Notes: generated by a model from the sequence alone, not told the origin. 64,000 nt of DNA from an uncultured Dehalococcoidales bacterium (GCA_964354125.1 CAYGXW010000001.1:22474-86473); one strand, 5' to 3'; counted from the stretch's first letter, positions 50,678 through 58,813 are shown. Program-made: numbers and translations.

Positions 50678-52279
50678 ATGAAAAGACTGATATTTACACT
50701 TATCTCATTAATGTTGGTATGCCTTCTGCTGGTGTTATACCTACCCGGTGGTATATTACGTCCTAGTCAGCAAGAAACAACAATTACTGGAAATATCCTT
50801 AATCTGGACGGCATAGACCCATTTTCACTTGACCCGGCGTTGATTGGCGATGGCACTTCATATTCATACGCCATCCAGCTCTTCAGCGGGCTGGTTCGCC
50901 TTAATGAAAGCCTTGAGCCGGCACCTGATATAGCCCAGGATTGGGAGGTCAGCGATGATGGCCGGACATATACCTTTTATCTACGGGATGATGTCTATTT
51001 TCATAACGGCCGGCAGGTTAAGGCTGAGGATTTTAAATATTCCTGGGAAAGGGCTTGTCATCCGGCTACCGGCTCTCAGACAGCCGCCACCTACCTGGGT
51101 GACATTGTTGGTGCTAGGGAAATGTTGGCTGGAGAAAGCGAAGAAATAAGCGGTGTCCAGGTTATTGATGAATACACCCTTAGAGTAACCATAGATGAAC
51201 TCAAATCCTATTTCCTGTACAAGCTGACCTATGCCACCAGCTTTGTTGTAGATATGGCTAATGTGGAACGGGGTGGCGAGTGGTGGCGCCAGCCCAATGG
51301 CACCGGCCCATTCAAATTGAAGCAGTGGGACGAAAACAGCCTGCTTGTTTTAGAGAAGAATGAGAATTACTATGGCGGTTCATCTAGCCTTGATTTTGTT
51401 GAATTCCACCTGTGGGCGGGTGTACCCATGAACCTATATGAGTTAGGCCAGATTGATGTCACCTTGGTGGGTTTAGATTATATTGATAGGGTTACTGATA
51501 TGGCTGGTGATTTCTATCAAGAACTGACGGTATTCCCTGAGCTAAGTTTGACCTACATTGGCTTTAATTGCCAAAAACCACCCTTTGACGATGCTAATAT
51601 CCGACGTGCCTTTTCTCTGGCTATAGATAAAGATAAGCTAGTCTCTCTGACTTTTAAGGATGCTGTGAGTCGGGCGGATGGTATTCTGCCGCCAGGTATG
51701 CCTGGCTTTAACGATGACTTATTAGGGCTTAATTACGATGTAGAGCTTGCCCTTGAACTAATTTCTGCTTCAAAATATGGTGATGTATCCAATCTGCCCA
51801 AAATTACTATTACCACCGGGGGCTGGGGAGGGCAAATTTCACAAGAATTAGAGGCTATAATAAATGAGTGGCGGGTTAACCTGGGGGTAGAAGTGGATGT
51901 GAGGCAGCTGGAGCCGGAGGAGTACATCTATAATCTTATGCAGGAAAAGGACGAGATGTTTTATTGGGGCTGGGGTGCTGATTACCCCCATCCGCAGAAT
52001 TTTCTTGAAGTATTGTTTGCCAGTGGCTCTGAATATAACATCGGCGAATACAGCAATCCGGGGGTAGATTCATTACTAGAGATGGCGAGTTTGGAGCAGG
52101 ATAACGAGAAAAGCCTTGAGCTATATCAACAGGCGGAGCAGATACTGGTTAGTGATGCCGCCTGTCTACCCCTGTGGTTCGGGCAAAATTATGTACTTGT
52201 CAAGCCGGATGTCACCGGGTACCAGCTGAATCCCCTTGGTTTTGCTATGTTGAATGAGGTGTCTGTTGAAAGCCATTAA
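50678..52279 (+). CDS. ABC transporter substrate-binding protein, family 5 (peptide/nickel type)
   Basis: N-terminal signal anchor, 533 aa, with typical SBP_bac_5 strings (DPA...GLVRL, TYTFYLRDDVYFHNG, GTGPFKL). Confidence 0.8.
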   Translation: MKRLIFTLISLMLVCLLLVLYLPGGILRPSQQETTITGNILNLDGIDPFSLDPALIGDGTSYSYAIQLFSGLVRLNESLEPAPDIAQDWEVSDDGRTYTFYLRDDVYFHNGRQVKAEDFKYSWERACHPATGSQTAATYLGDIVGAREMLAGESEEISGVQVIDEYTLRVTIDELKSYFLYKLTYATSFVVDMANVERGGEWWRQPNGTGPFKLKQWDENSLLVLEKNENYYGGSSSLDFVEFHLWAGVPMNLYELGQIDVTLVGLDYIDRVTDMAGDFYQELTVFPELSLTYIGFNCQKPPFDDANIRRAFSLAIDKDKLVSLTFKDAVSRADGILPPGMPGFNDDLLGLNYDVELALELISASKYGDVSNLPKITITTGGWGGQISQELEAIINEWRVNLGVEVDVRQLEPEEYIYNLMQEKDEMFYWGWGADYPHPQNFLEVLFASGSEYNIGEYSNPGVDSLLEMASLEQDNEKSLELYQQAEQILVSDAACLPLWFGQNYVLVKPDVTGYQLNPLGFAMLNEVSVESH

Positions 52280-52369
52280 TGGCGGAGGGGGTGGGATTCG
52301 AACCCACGGTCCCCTTGCAGGGACAACGGTTTTCAAGACCGTCTCCATAGGCCACTCGGACACCCCTCC
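52280..52369 (-). tRNA. tRNA-Ser (anticodon UGA), long variable arm, CCA encoded
   Basis: The reverse complement folds as GGAGGGG..., with anticodon stem-loop ACGGT-CTTGAAA-ACCGT, variable arm TGTCCCTGCAAGGGGAC, T-arm GTGGG-TTCGAAT-CCCAC and 3' end CCCCTCCGCCA. Confidence 0.9.
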
Positions 52370-52389
52370 AGCGTGAAGCGAACAAGAGT

Positions 52390-52418
52390 ATTATACCCAG
52401 AAGATGTTAAAATTGCTA
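52390..52418 (-). promoter_or_regulatory. possible promoter of tRNA-Ser
   Basis: On the minus strand: TAGCAA (52418-52413), 17 nt, then TATAAT (52395-52390). This lies about 20 nt upstream of the mature 5' end. Confidence 0.3.
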
Positions 52419-52433
52419 TCAGGAGGTTGAGCT

Positions 52434-53081
52434 ATGAAGCAATATTACAGGATGGTTCAGGAGAAGATACTGGTGCAAAGGGATATAATCTGCTCCCTGC
52501 TGAAAGACCCGCAGATAATCGGTGATTATTATGAGGCGATAATCAGGGATGCGGTCAGGGAAAGCATATCAAAATCTTTTGATGTCGGGCGCGGGGTAAT
52601 CCTATCTGAAACGGGAAACAGCAGTCGTGAGTGTGACATAATTGTTTACAGCGCCGCCGAATATGGGCCGCTGTTTGTATCGGGGGATATAGTGGTGGTA
52701 AAGCCTGAGGCAGTGAGGTGTGTTATTCAGGTAAAGGGCACTCTAAGCAATGATAGCATTATGGATGCCATAAAAAATTTGACCTCAGTTAGCCGATTAA
52801 GAGAAGGTATATGGAAGCTGATAGTTGGCTTCAAAACCGATGTTCTTTACGAAACTATAGTTAAAAATTGCGCCCAGTCAAAGGTTGTAAATGGTGTGTT
52901 TGTACTTTCCACCATCAGTAGAAGAGAGAAAGAAGACATTACCTTACAGATGCAGAAGTTCATCGGGCTTCTAAAATCAATTACCGCCCCGGGTATGTAT
53001 CAAAAGACCGATGCCGGTAACTATCTAGCCCTTGAAGCCACCGGAAGAGATAAATTTGAGGGTGTGCCATTCCCAGAGTGA
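52434..53081 (+). CDS. PD-(D/E)xK-fold (restriction-endonuclease-like) protein, resembles the family I recall as DUF6602
   Basis: GDYYEAIIRDAV...FDVGRGVILSETGNSSRECDIIVYS...GDIVVVKPEAVRCVIQVKGTL fits the D...(D/E)-x-K core layout. Strong SD (AGGAGG). Confidence 0.55.
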   Translation: MKQYYRMVQEKILVQRDIICSLLKDPQIIGDYYEAIIRDAVRESISKSFDVGRGVILSETGNSSRECDIIVYSAAEYGPLFVSGDIVVVKPEAVRCVIQVKGTLSNDSIMDAIKNLTSVSRLREGIWKLIVGFKTDVLYETIVKNCAQSKVVNGVFVLSTISRREKEDITLQMQKFIGLLKSITAPGMYQKTDAGNYLALEATGRDKFEGVPFPE

Positions 53082-53098
53082 GTAATGTAGTAAAATAA

Positions 53099-53941
53099 TT
53101 ATAATTTAATTCCTGCTTTTGATGCCTTTAATTTTAAGTAATTTATAAATGCTGAACATGATACTAGCATAAATTTTGCGTCTTCAAAATCTAATTGGGA
53201 TTCATCTAATAAAGAGTGACGTATCCCATCCGCATCGCTTGTATATCCGTATAGTTTACAAAACGCCTGTTCTAAAGCAAGATGTAGAGGCATTTTATCC
53301 TTGATTACTCTTAACGCTTTCCCTAAAGTTGCTTTGTTATTACCTGTTATTATTCTACAAATTGCCTCTACGGCACTTATTGATTCTTTAATAGAATTCC
53401 TGTAATCAGGGCTTTGCTTATCTGAGAGAAAATCTAGTGCTGTTTTTAGATGTATTGTAACGGGTTTAAGAGAATCTGTAGACTCTAGTGCCTCTTCTAT
53501 TTCGGATATTTCTTCTTCAGAGGTTATAGGTGCTATTTCTCCGCCAATAAACCGCCAACCAGACACTTCACGTTCTAATATATAATTACAGTAGTTTGTG
53601 AATTTCTCATTTATACCTTGGATAGAATAGTTACCAACGACAAATTGTATAAAATCGTAAACTTCAAACCATTTGAAGGAAAAGAAATATTCTTTTACTT
53701 CTTTTCTTGCATCCTCATAATATGTAGGTATGGTATCAAAGGGTTTCTTGAAGTAATCCAGCCATAAATTAAAAAATAGTGAATAGAGATTTTTATGTTC
53801 TTTGAGCCACCCACTGCCTGTGGTTTGCAAATAGTGAATATCCAATGCGTTCCATAGCCCAACACGTAAATCGTTATCCATATTATCAATTTGCATAACA
53901 TTCTTTATTGGCCTATAACCATATTTTTCAGAAAAAAGCAT
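53099..53941 (-). CDS. AbiJ-like protein (AbiJ N-terminal domain plus C-terminal HEPN-type domain)
   Basis: N-terminus FSEKYGYRPIKNVMQIDNMDNDLRVGLWNAL and C-terminus SISAVEAI...KLYGYTSDADGIRHSLL...AKFMLVSCSAFINYL match my memory of AbiJ-NTD/HEPN proteins. G+C is about 30 %. Confidence 0.6.
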   Translation of the reverse strand: MLFSEKYGYRPIKNVMQIDNMDNDLRVGLWNALDIHYLQTTGSGWLKEHKNLYSLFFNLWLDYFKKPFDTIPTYYEDARKEVKEYFFSFKWFEVYDFIQFVVGNYSIQGINEKFTNYCNYILEREVSGWRFIGGEIAPITSEEEISEIEEALESTDSLKPVTIHLKTALDFLSDKQSPDYRNSIKESISAVEAICRIITGNNKATLGKALRVIKDKMPLHLALEQAFCKLYGYTSDADGIRHSLLDESQLDFEDAKFMLVSCSAFINYLKLKASKAGIKL

Positions 53942-53946
53942 AATTT

Positions 53947-55188
53947 TTACCTAACCACCTTCTCCCCCACATAAGGCTGCAAAACATCTGGTATAACTAT
54001 ACTACCGTCGGATTGCTGGTAGTTTTCCATTACGGCAATGAGAACCCTGGGTAGTGCCAGCCCGGAGCCGTTTAGGGTGTGGACGAACAGGGGTTTGCTT
54101 TCCGGGGAGGGGCGGTAGCGGATGCTGGCCCGGCGAGCTTGAAAATCACCGCAGTTGGAGCAGGAGCTTACCTCCAGCCACTCGGCACATCCCGGAGCCC
54201 ACATCTCAATATCATAGGACTTGGTGGAGGCAAAGCCCAAATCAGCGGTGCATAGCTGCTTTACCCGGTAGGGTAGCCCAAGCTTCTGGCAGACACTTTC
54301 GGCATCATTTACCATCTTCTCAAGCTCATCATCAGAGCTTTCCGGTTCGGTGAATTTATAAAGCTCAACCTTGTCAAACTGGTGGCCCCTTTTTATGCCC
54401 CTTGTGTCCTTGCCGGCGGACATCTTTTCCCTTCGGAAACAGGCGGTGTAGGCGACATAGTAGATGGGTAAGACCCCGGGCGTTATGATTTCCTCACGGT
54501 GGAGGTTGGTGAGGGGCACTTCAGCCGTAGGCACAAACCACAGGTCATCCTCATCATCATGATACAGGTTATCGGCAAACTTGGGCAGGTTGCTGGAACC
54601 GACCATGCATTCCCTTTTGACCATAAATGGCGGATAGACCTCCTGGTAGCCGTGCTCTCTGGTGTGGAGGTCAAGCATAAAATCAATAAGGGCTCTCTGC
54701 AGACGGGAACCTAATCCCTTGAGGACATAAAAGCGGGTGCCTGATAGCTTGACCCCTCTTTCAAAGTCAATAATGCCCAGCTCTTCACCCAGTTTCCAGT
54801 GGGGTACCGGCGGAAAATCAAACTGCGGTAACTTACCCCAGGAGCGCACTACAATGTCATCGTCTTCATCTTTGCCAACCGGCACTGAAGGGTGTGGTAT
54901 GTTGGGCACTCGCAGTAGCAGGTCTTCAAGTTGACTTTCCAGATTCCTCAGCTCTTCCTCAAGAGACTTTATCCGGCTACGAAGCTCGCGCCCTTCAACC
55001 TCAACATCAGCCTTTCTTTCTCTGGCTATCTCTTTACGCTCTCGTCTTGCCTCTTCCAATTCCAGAAGCTTCCGGCGGCGGGAAGAATCAAGTTTAAGGA
55101 TTTCGTCTAAGGGGGCGCTATCCTGACGGTTGACTACCGCCTGCCGCACCAGTTCTGTATTGTCACGGATAAACTTTAGGTCAAGCAT
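53947..55188 (-). CDS. serS: seryl-tRNA synthetase
   Basis: N-terminal coiled-coil arm (MLDLKFIRDN...) and class II motifs (FRRE, GLALPR). Confidence 0.95.
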   Translation of the reverse strand: MLDLKFIRDNTELVRQAVVNRQDSAPLDEILKLDSSRRRKLLELEEARRERKEIARERKADVEVEGRELRSRIKSLEEELRNLESQLEDLLLRVPNIPHPSVPVGKDEDDDIVVRSWGKLPQFDFPPVPHWKLGEELGIIDFERGVKLSGTRFYVLKGLGSRLQRALIDFMLDLHTREHGYQEVYPPFMVKRECMVGSSNLPKFADNLYHDDEDDLWFVPTAEVPLTNLHREEIITPGVLPIYYVAYTACFRREKMSAGKDTRGIKRGHQFDKVELYKFTEPESSDDELEKMVNDAESVCQKLGLPYRVKQLCTADLGFASTKSYDIEMWAPGCAEWLEVSSCSNCGDFQARRASIRYRPSPESKPLFVHTLNGSGLALPRVLIAVMENYQQSDGSIVIPDVLQPYVGEKVVR

Positions 55189-55214
55189 AATCTAACTTAC
55201 CCTATCTCCTTTAT

Positions 55215-55273
55215 CCCCTTCCCCTTAGCAAGGGGAAGGGGGAAGATTTTGGAAGAGGGGCGAAGCCCCTCTT
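55215..55273. repeat. double-hairpin intergenic element, copy A
   Basis: Hairpin 1 (55215-55241): CCCCTTCCCCTT-AGC-AAGGGGAAGGGG. Hairpin 2 (55253-55273): AAGAGGGGC-GAA-GCCCCTCTT. The same architecture recurs at 58755-58813. Confidence 0.8.
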
Positions 55274-55310
55274 GGACGCCCCTTTTCAGTCTTACCCTCA
55301 TACCAGTTAT

Positions 55311-55754
55311 TTACCAGTATCGCTTGCATTTTAGGAAGCTGTCAACCCCTGCCTTCTTGAGTATTTTAAGATTTGTTAGTTGAGCATCACCATGAAATGG
55401 TTTCAAGGAGTCAAGCTTATTACAGGTTTCAAAACCGTCGCATTGCCAGCAGCCGCTAATACCCTTCTTCTGGCAGCACTTTCTTATCTTGCAGAAGGGT
55501 GGACCACCCCCACCTCTACATGCTCTCTTGCAGCGAAATTTTACCAGCGCCCCCAGTACTTCATAACATTGCTGGTAGTTTTTTAATACGGTAAAGAAGG
55601 GTTCCTGGGACATCAACTCCGCCTGGTTATCAAACCTTGCCTTTCTCAGTTCTTTTCTGAGGTCTCTAGCTAAATCGGCAATCTTACCCTGATAGATAAA
55701 GCAGTCACCACAGTAGAGACCACAGCAGGCGACCAATTCTTTATCATCAGCCAT
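55311..55754 (-). CDS. Cys-rich protein, resembles the family I recall as DUF3795
   Basis: N-terminal ACCGLYCGDC plus further Cys clusters (CKRACRGGGGPPFCKIRKCC...CWQC). Confidence 0.6.
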   Translation of the reverse strand: MADDKELVACCGLYCGDCFIYQGKIADLARDLRKELRKARFDNQAELMSQEPFFTVLKNYQQCYEVLGALVKFRCKRACRGGGGPPFCKIRKCCQKKGISGCWQCDGFETCNKLDSLKPFHGDAQLTNLKILKKAGVDSFLKCKRYW

Positions 55755-55760
55755 AGTTTC

Positions 55761-56402
55761 CTATTCCTTATACATCCCCTGAATGTCACGGCAATAGTTG
55801 CCTTCCGGCGTCTCAACTACTATGTAATAGAACTGTTTGTTTACCGGGTTCTGTTCCAGGAAAGCCTTGGCAGAAGCGGCGTCGGGTGCCTTGTGAACCC
55901 GATAAGTCATGGTGGTACCATACCTTTGCACGCAGTCTTCCCTGACAAACTTAACCTGGGATGGTTTAGCCTCTTTTGCTTTAGCTGCAGGGGCGGCACG
56001 TCTCTCTGGCTCCTGGTCGTTCTTTCGCTGACCACCATGTTTGGCGAAGCTCTCCTTGGTTTTTTGCCATAGTTCATGTGTCAGGTCGTCACCGCAAATA
56101 ACTGCCTCATATTTACCTTGCTCTGTTTTGTAGTAGCCGAAAATCAAAACCTCGGTACATATTAGTTTTTGAGAATTATCCGCGATGTGGATGCAAGGTA
56201 ATTCCAGCAGGGCTTTTCTGGCATCTTCATCGTTATCAAAGGTGTACATGACGAAGGGGTCTTTCTTTGGCGAGCTTATGCGAGCCATCCAGTAGGAACT
56301 GGCGATGTCCAGGGTATCATGGCGCGTTCCCTTATTATCCTTTTCGGTGAAGATTTTAGGCGGTTTCTCCTTTTCTCCGAACAACTTGTCTAAAAAACCC
56401 AT
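55761..56402 (-). CDS. hypothetical protein with two similar small domains joined by a basic/Ala-rich linker
   Basis: 213-aa ORF located 12 nt downstream of the lysS stop. I recognise no family. Confidence 0.5.
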   Translation of the reverse strand: MGFLDKLFGEKEKPPKIFTEKDNKGTRHDTLDIASSYWMARISSPKKDPFVMYTFDNDEDARKALLELPCIHIADNSQKLICTEVLIFGYYKTEQGKYEAVICGDDLTHELWQKTKESFAKHGGQRKNDQEPERRAAPAAKAKEAKPSQVKFVREDCVQRYGTTMTYRVHKAPDAASAKAFLEQNPVNKQFYYIVVETPEGNYCRDIQGMYKE

Positions 56403-56414
56403 TTGTGAACCTCC

Positions 56415-57926
56415 TTATGTTTTTTCCCTGAGCTGTGGGAATAGAATAACCTCACGGATTGATTGCTGGTTGGTCAGTAGCATTACCAGTCGGTCAATAC
56501 CAACCCCCAGACCACCGGTTGGTGGCATTCCGTATTCCAGTGCCAGCAGAAAGTCTTCATCAATGACCTCTGTCTCGTCTTCCGTCTGGCGCTCTTTTTG
56601 TTGATTGATGAATCGCTGCTCCTGCTCAATAGGGTCATTAAGTTCGGTGAAGGCGTTGGCAATTTCCATTCCGCCGGCAAAGGCTTCAAAGCGCTCCACT
56701 AGAGAGTCATCGGCTGGCTTTCTCTTAGCCAGTGGCGACATCTCTACCGGGTAGTCAAAAAGGATGGTTGGCTGTATTAGATTGGGCTCGACAAAGGTTG
56801 AGATAAGCTCGTCTATGAGCCGTCCCCTATCTTTTTGGGGGTCAACCTCTATCTTTAGATTCTGCATCTCGGTTCTTAGTGATTTAGTATCGGGAAATTC
56901 ATTAAAGTCAATACCGCAGTATTTGATAATCGTCTGTCTCAGTTCCAGGCGTTGCCACGGCGGCTTGAAATCAATGGTATTGTCGCCAAATTCCACCTTG
57001 TATTTGCCGGTGATTTTTCTAACAATACCAGAAACCATTGCCTCAAGCATATTCATGACACCATTATAGTCGGTATAGGCTTGGTAGCTTTCCAGCATGG
57101 TGAACTCCGGGTTGTGCTTGGTGGAGATACCTTCATTACGGAAGGTGCGTCCTATTTCGTAGACCTTGTCAAAACCGCCTATTATCAGCCGCTTAAGGTG
57201 GAGTTCCAGGGCAATCCGAAGATAGAAATCTTGGTCAAGGGTATGGTGATGGGTGATAAAGGGGCGGGCGAGAGCACCCCCGGCAGATGGCTGGAGCACG
57301 GGCGTTTCCACCTCCAGAAAACCCTTCCGGTTAAGGTAACCCCTGATAGCGTAGATGACCTGGCTACGCACCCTGAAAGTCTCCCTGACTTCAGGATTGC
57401 TTATTAGGTCCAGGTAGCGTTGCCGGTGGCGGGCATCAATATCCTGAAGACCATGCCACTTTTCAGGTAAAGGCCTAAGCGACTTGACCAGCAGGGTAAA
57501 GTCTGCTACCCAGATAGTGGGTTCACCCGTTCTTGTCCGAATCAGATTCCCCTCAACCCCGATAAAATCGCCGATATCTAAATCATTGAATAGTTGAATT
57601 TGCTCTTCGTCATACTTATGGATATCCTGAAATAGTAGCTGAATTTTCCCTGAGCCATCGCGGATGTCAAGAAATGAGCTCTTACCCATGGAGCGGATAG
57701 CCATAATACGCCCGGCGACATTAACCATTTCTGAATCTCTACCAGCTAAACGGTCCAGAACTTCTTTGGAAGTATCTCTTGACTCCCACTTTTGAAGTAG
57801 TTCGACTGCTTGCTCAGCAGTATGTGTTCGCAGGTAGCTATTGGGGTAGGGATTAATGCCGCGGGCTCTGAGCCTTTCAAGCTTTTCCAGCCTCTGTTTG
57901 GCTATACGTTCTAACCTTGATGTCAT
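56415..57926 (-). CDS. lysS: lysyl-tRNA synthetase, class II
   Basis: OB-fold anticodon-binding N-domain, then class II motifs (FRNEG, and GMPPTGGLGVGIDRLVMLLT near the C-terminus). Confidence 0.95.
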   Translation of the reverse strand: MTSRLERIAKQRLEKLERLRARGINPYPNSYLRTHTAEQAVELLQKWESRDTSKEVLDRLAGRDSEMVNVAGRIMAIRSMGKSSFLDIRDGSGKIQLLFQDIHKYDEEQIQLFNDLDIGDFIGVEGNLIRTRTGEPTIWVADFTLLVKSLRPLPEKWHGLQDIDARHRQRYLDLISNPEVRETFRVRSQVIYAIRGYLNRKGFLEVETPVLQPSAGGALARPFITHHHTLDQDFYLRIALELHLKRLIIGGFDKVYEIGRTFRNEGISTKHNPEFTMLESYQAYTDYNGVMNMLEAMVSGIVRKITGKYKVEFGDNTIDFKPPWQRLELRQTIIKYCGIDFNEFPDTKSLRTEMQNLKIEVDPQKDRGRLIDELISTFVEPNLIQPTILFDYPVEMSPLAKRKPADDSLVERFEAFAGGMEIANAFTELNDPIEQEQRFINQQKERQTEDETEVIDEDFLLALEYGMPPTGGLGVGIDRLVMLLTNQQSIREVILFPQLREKT

Positions 57927-57956
57927 AATCAGTGGTTATTATATTTTATCCCGCGG

Positions 57957-58733
57957 CTATAGTAAAGCTCCATGACTTTGCTGTTTTAAGGCATCCAGCC
58001 AGGCGGCTGACTTTATTTCTTTTTCCAGGAGGTATTTAATATAATTCCTTGTTATTCCTTCAAGCTCATCGGATAGAACACGATTCATTTTTAACCTATT
58101 AATAATACTATAATCGCTATCCTGTATCAGCCTTAATACCTTTAACCCATTAACCGAAAGGGGGTAGCTGAAGGGCTGGTCTTGACTGCAATCGGGGCAT
58201 AGTATACCACCGGCACTGGAGCAGAAATAGTTAGTGGTGGATTTTAGCTGATGGTGGCATGAAACACACTGTTGAAGTCGGGGGCGGTAGCCAACTTGCT
58301 CAAGGAGGTGCAGCTCAAAATAACGCAGGATAAGTTCCTTATCTCCACCCTGGAAAAGTTGCTCCAATGTCTCAAGTAGCAGGCTGAACAGTGGGTAATC
58401 TTCAATATGGTCGGCGGTAAACTGGTTAACCAGCTCGGTAGTATAAAGAGCGTATGAGGTAAGCTCAAGGTCACTCTTAATTGGCAAAAAACTGTTGAGC
58501 GTCTGGCTGCCGGTTATGGTATCCAGATTCCGCCCCCTAGCTAGAGATACCAGGCTATAGGTCAGCAGTTCCAGGTGACCCGATAGCTTGCTTCTTGGCC
58601 GCCTGACCCCCTTGGCTACCGCCTGAATCTTACCCAGATGGGGAGTGTATAGGGTAAGGATTCTATCCGCCTCACCCAGCTTGGTTTTTTTAATGATTAT
58701 GGCTTCGGTTTGATAATTGCGCGGTTTGGTCAT
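57957..58733 (-). CDS. recO: DNA repair protein RecO
   Basis: N-terminal OB fold (EAIIIKKTKLGEADRILTLYT...G) and a zinc module (CVSC...CPDC). Confidence 0.85.
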   Translation of the reverse strand: MTKPRNYQTEAIIIKKTKLGEADRILTLYTPHLGKIQAVAKGVRRPRSKLSGHLELLTYSLVSLARGRNLDTITGSQTLNSFLPIKSDLELTSYALYTTELVNQFTADHIEDYPLFSLLLETLEQLFQGGDKELILRYFELHLLEQVGYRPRLQQCVSCHHQLKSTTNYFCSSAGGILCPDCSQDQPFSYPLSVNGLKVLRLIQDSDYSIINRLKMNRVLSDELEGITRNYIKYLLEKEIKSAAWLDALKQQSHGALL

Positions 58734-58754
58734 ATTTGAACCTCACCCTCTGTA

Positions 58755-58813
58755 TCCCCCTCTCCTTTGGAAGGAGAGGGGGAATTATTGGGAAGAGGGG
58801 CTACGCCCCTCTT
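58755..58813. repeat. double-hairpin intergenic element, copy B
   Basis: Hairpin 1 (58755-58783): TCCCCCTCTCCTT-TGG-AAGGAGAGGGGGA. Hairpin 2 (58793-58813): AAGAGGGGC-TAC-GCCCCTCTT. Confidence 0.8.

Noticed and set aside
52280-53946. tRNA-Ser-targeted integrative element (genomic island with att sites)
   Set aside because: There is no integrase. I could find no direct repeat of the tRNA 3' end. The inserted genes also lie on the 5' side of the tRNA rather than the 3' side used by most integrases. They are kept as an accessory insertion, not called a mobile element.
55189-55310. Possible T-box leader upstream of serS. The same question was checked for lysS (57927-57956).
   Set aside because: Both spacers are far too short (122 nt and 30 nt). 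There is no specifier-loop or T-box sequence architecture. The serS spacer is instead occupied by the double-hairpin repeat.
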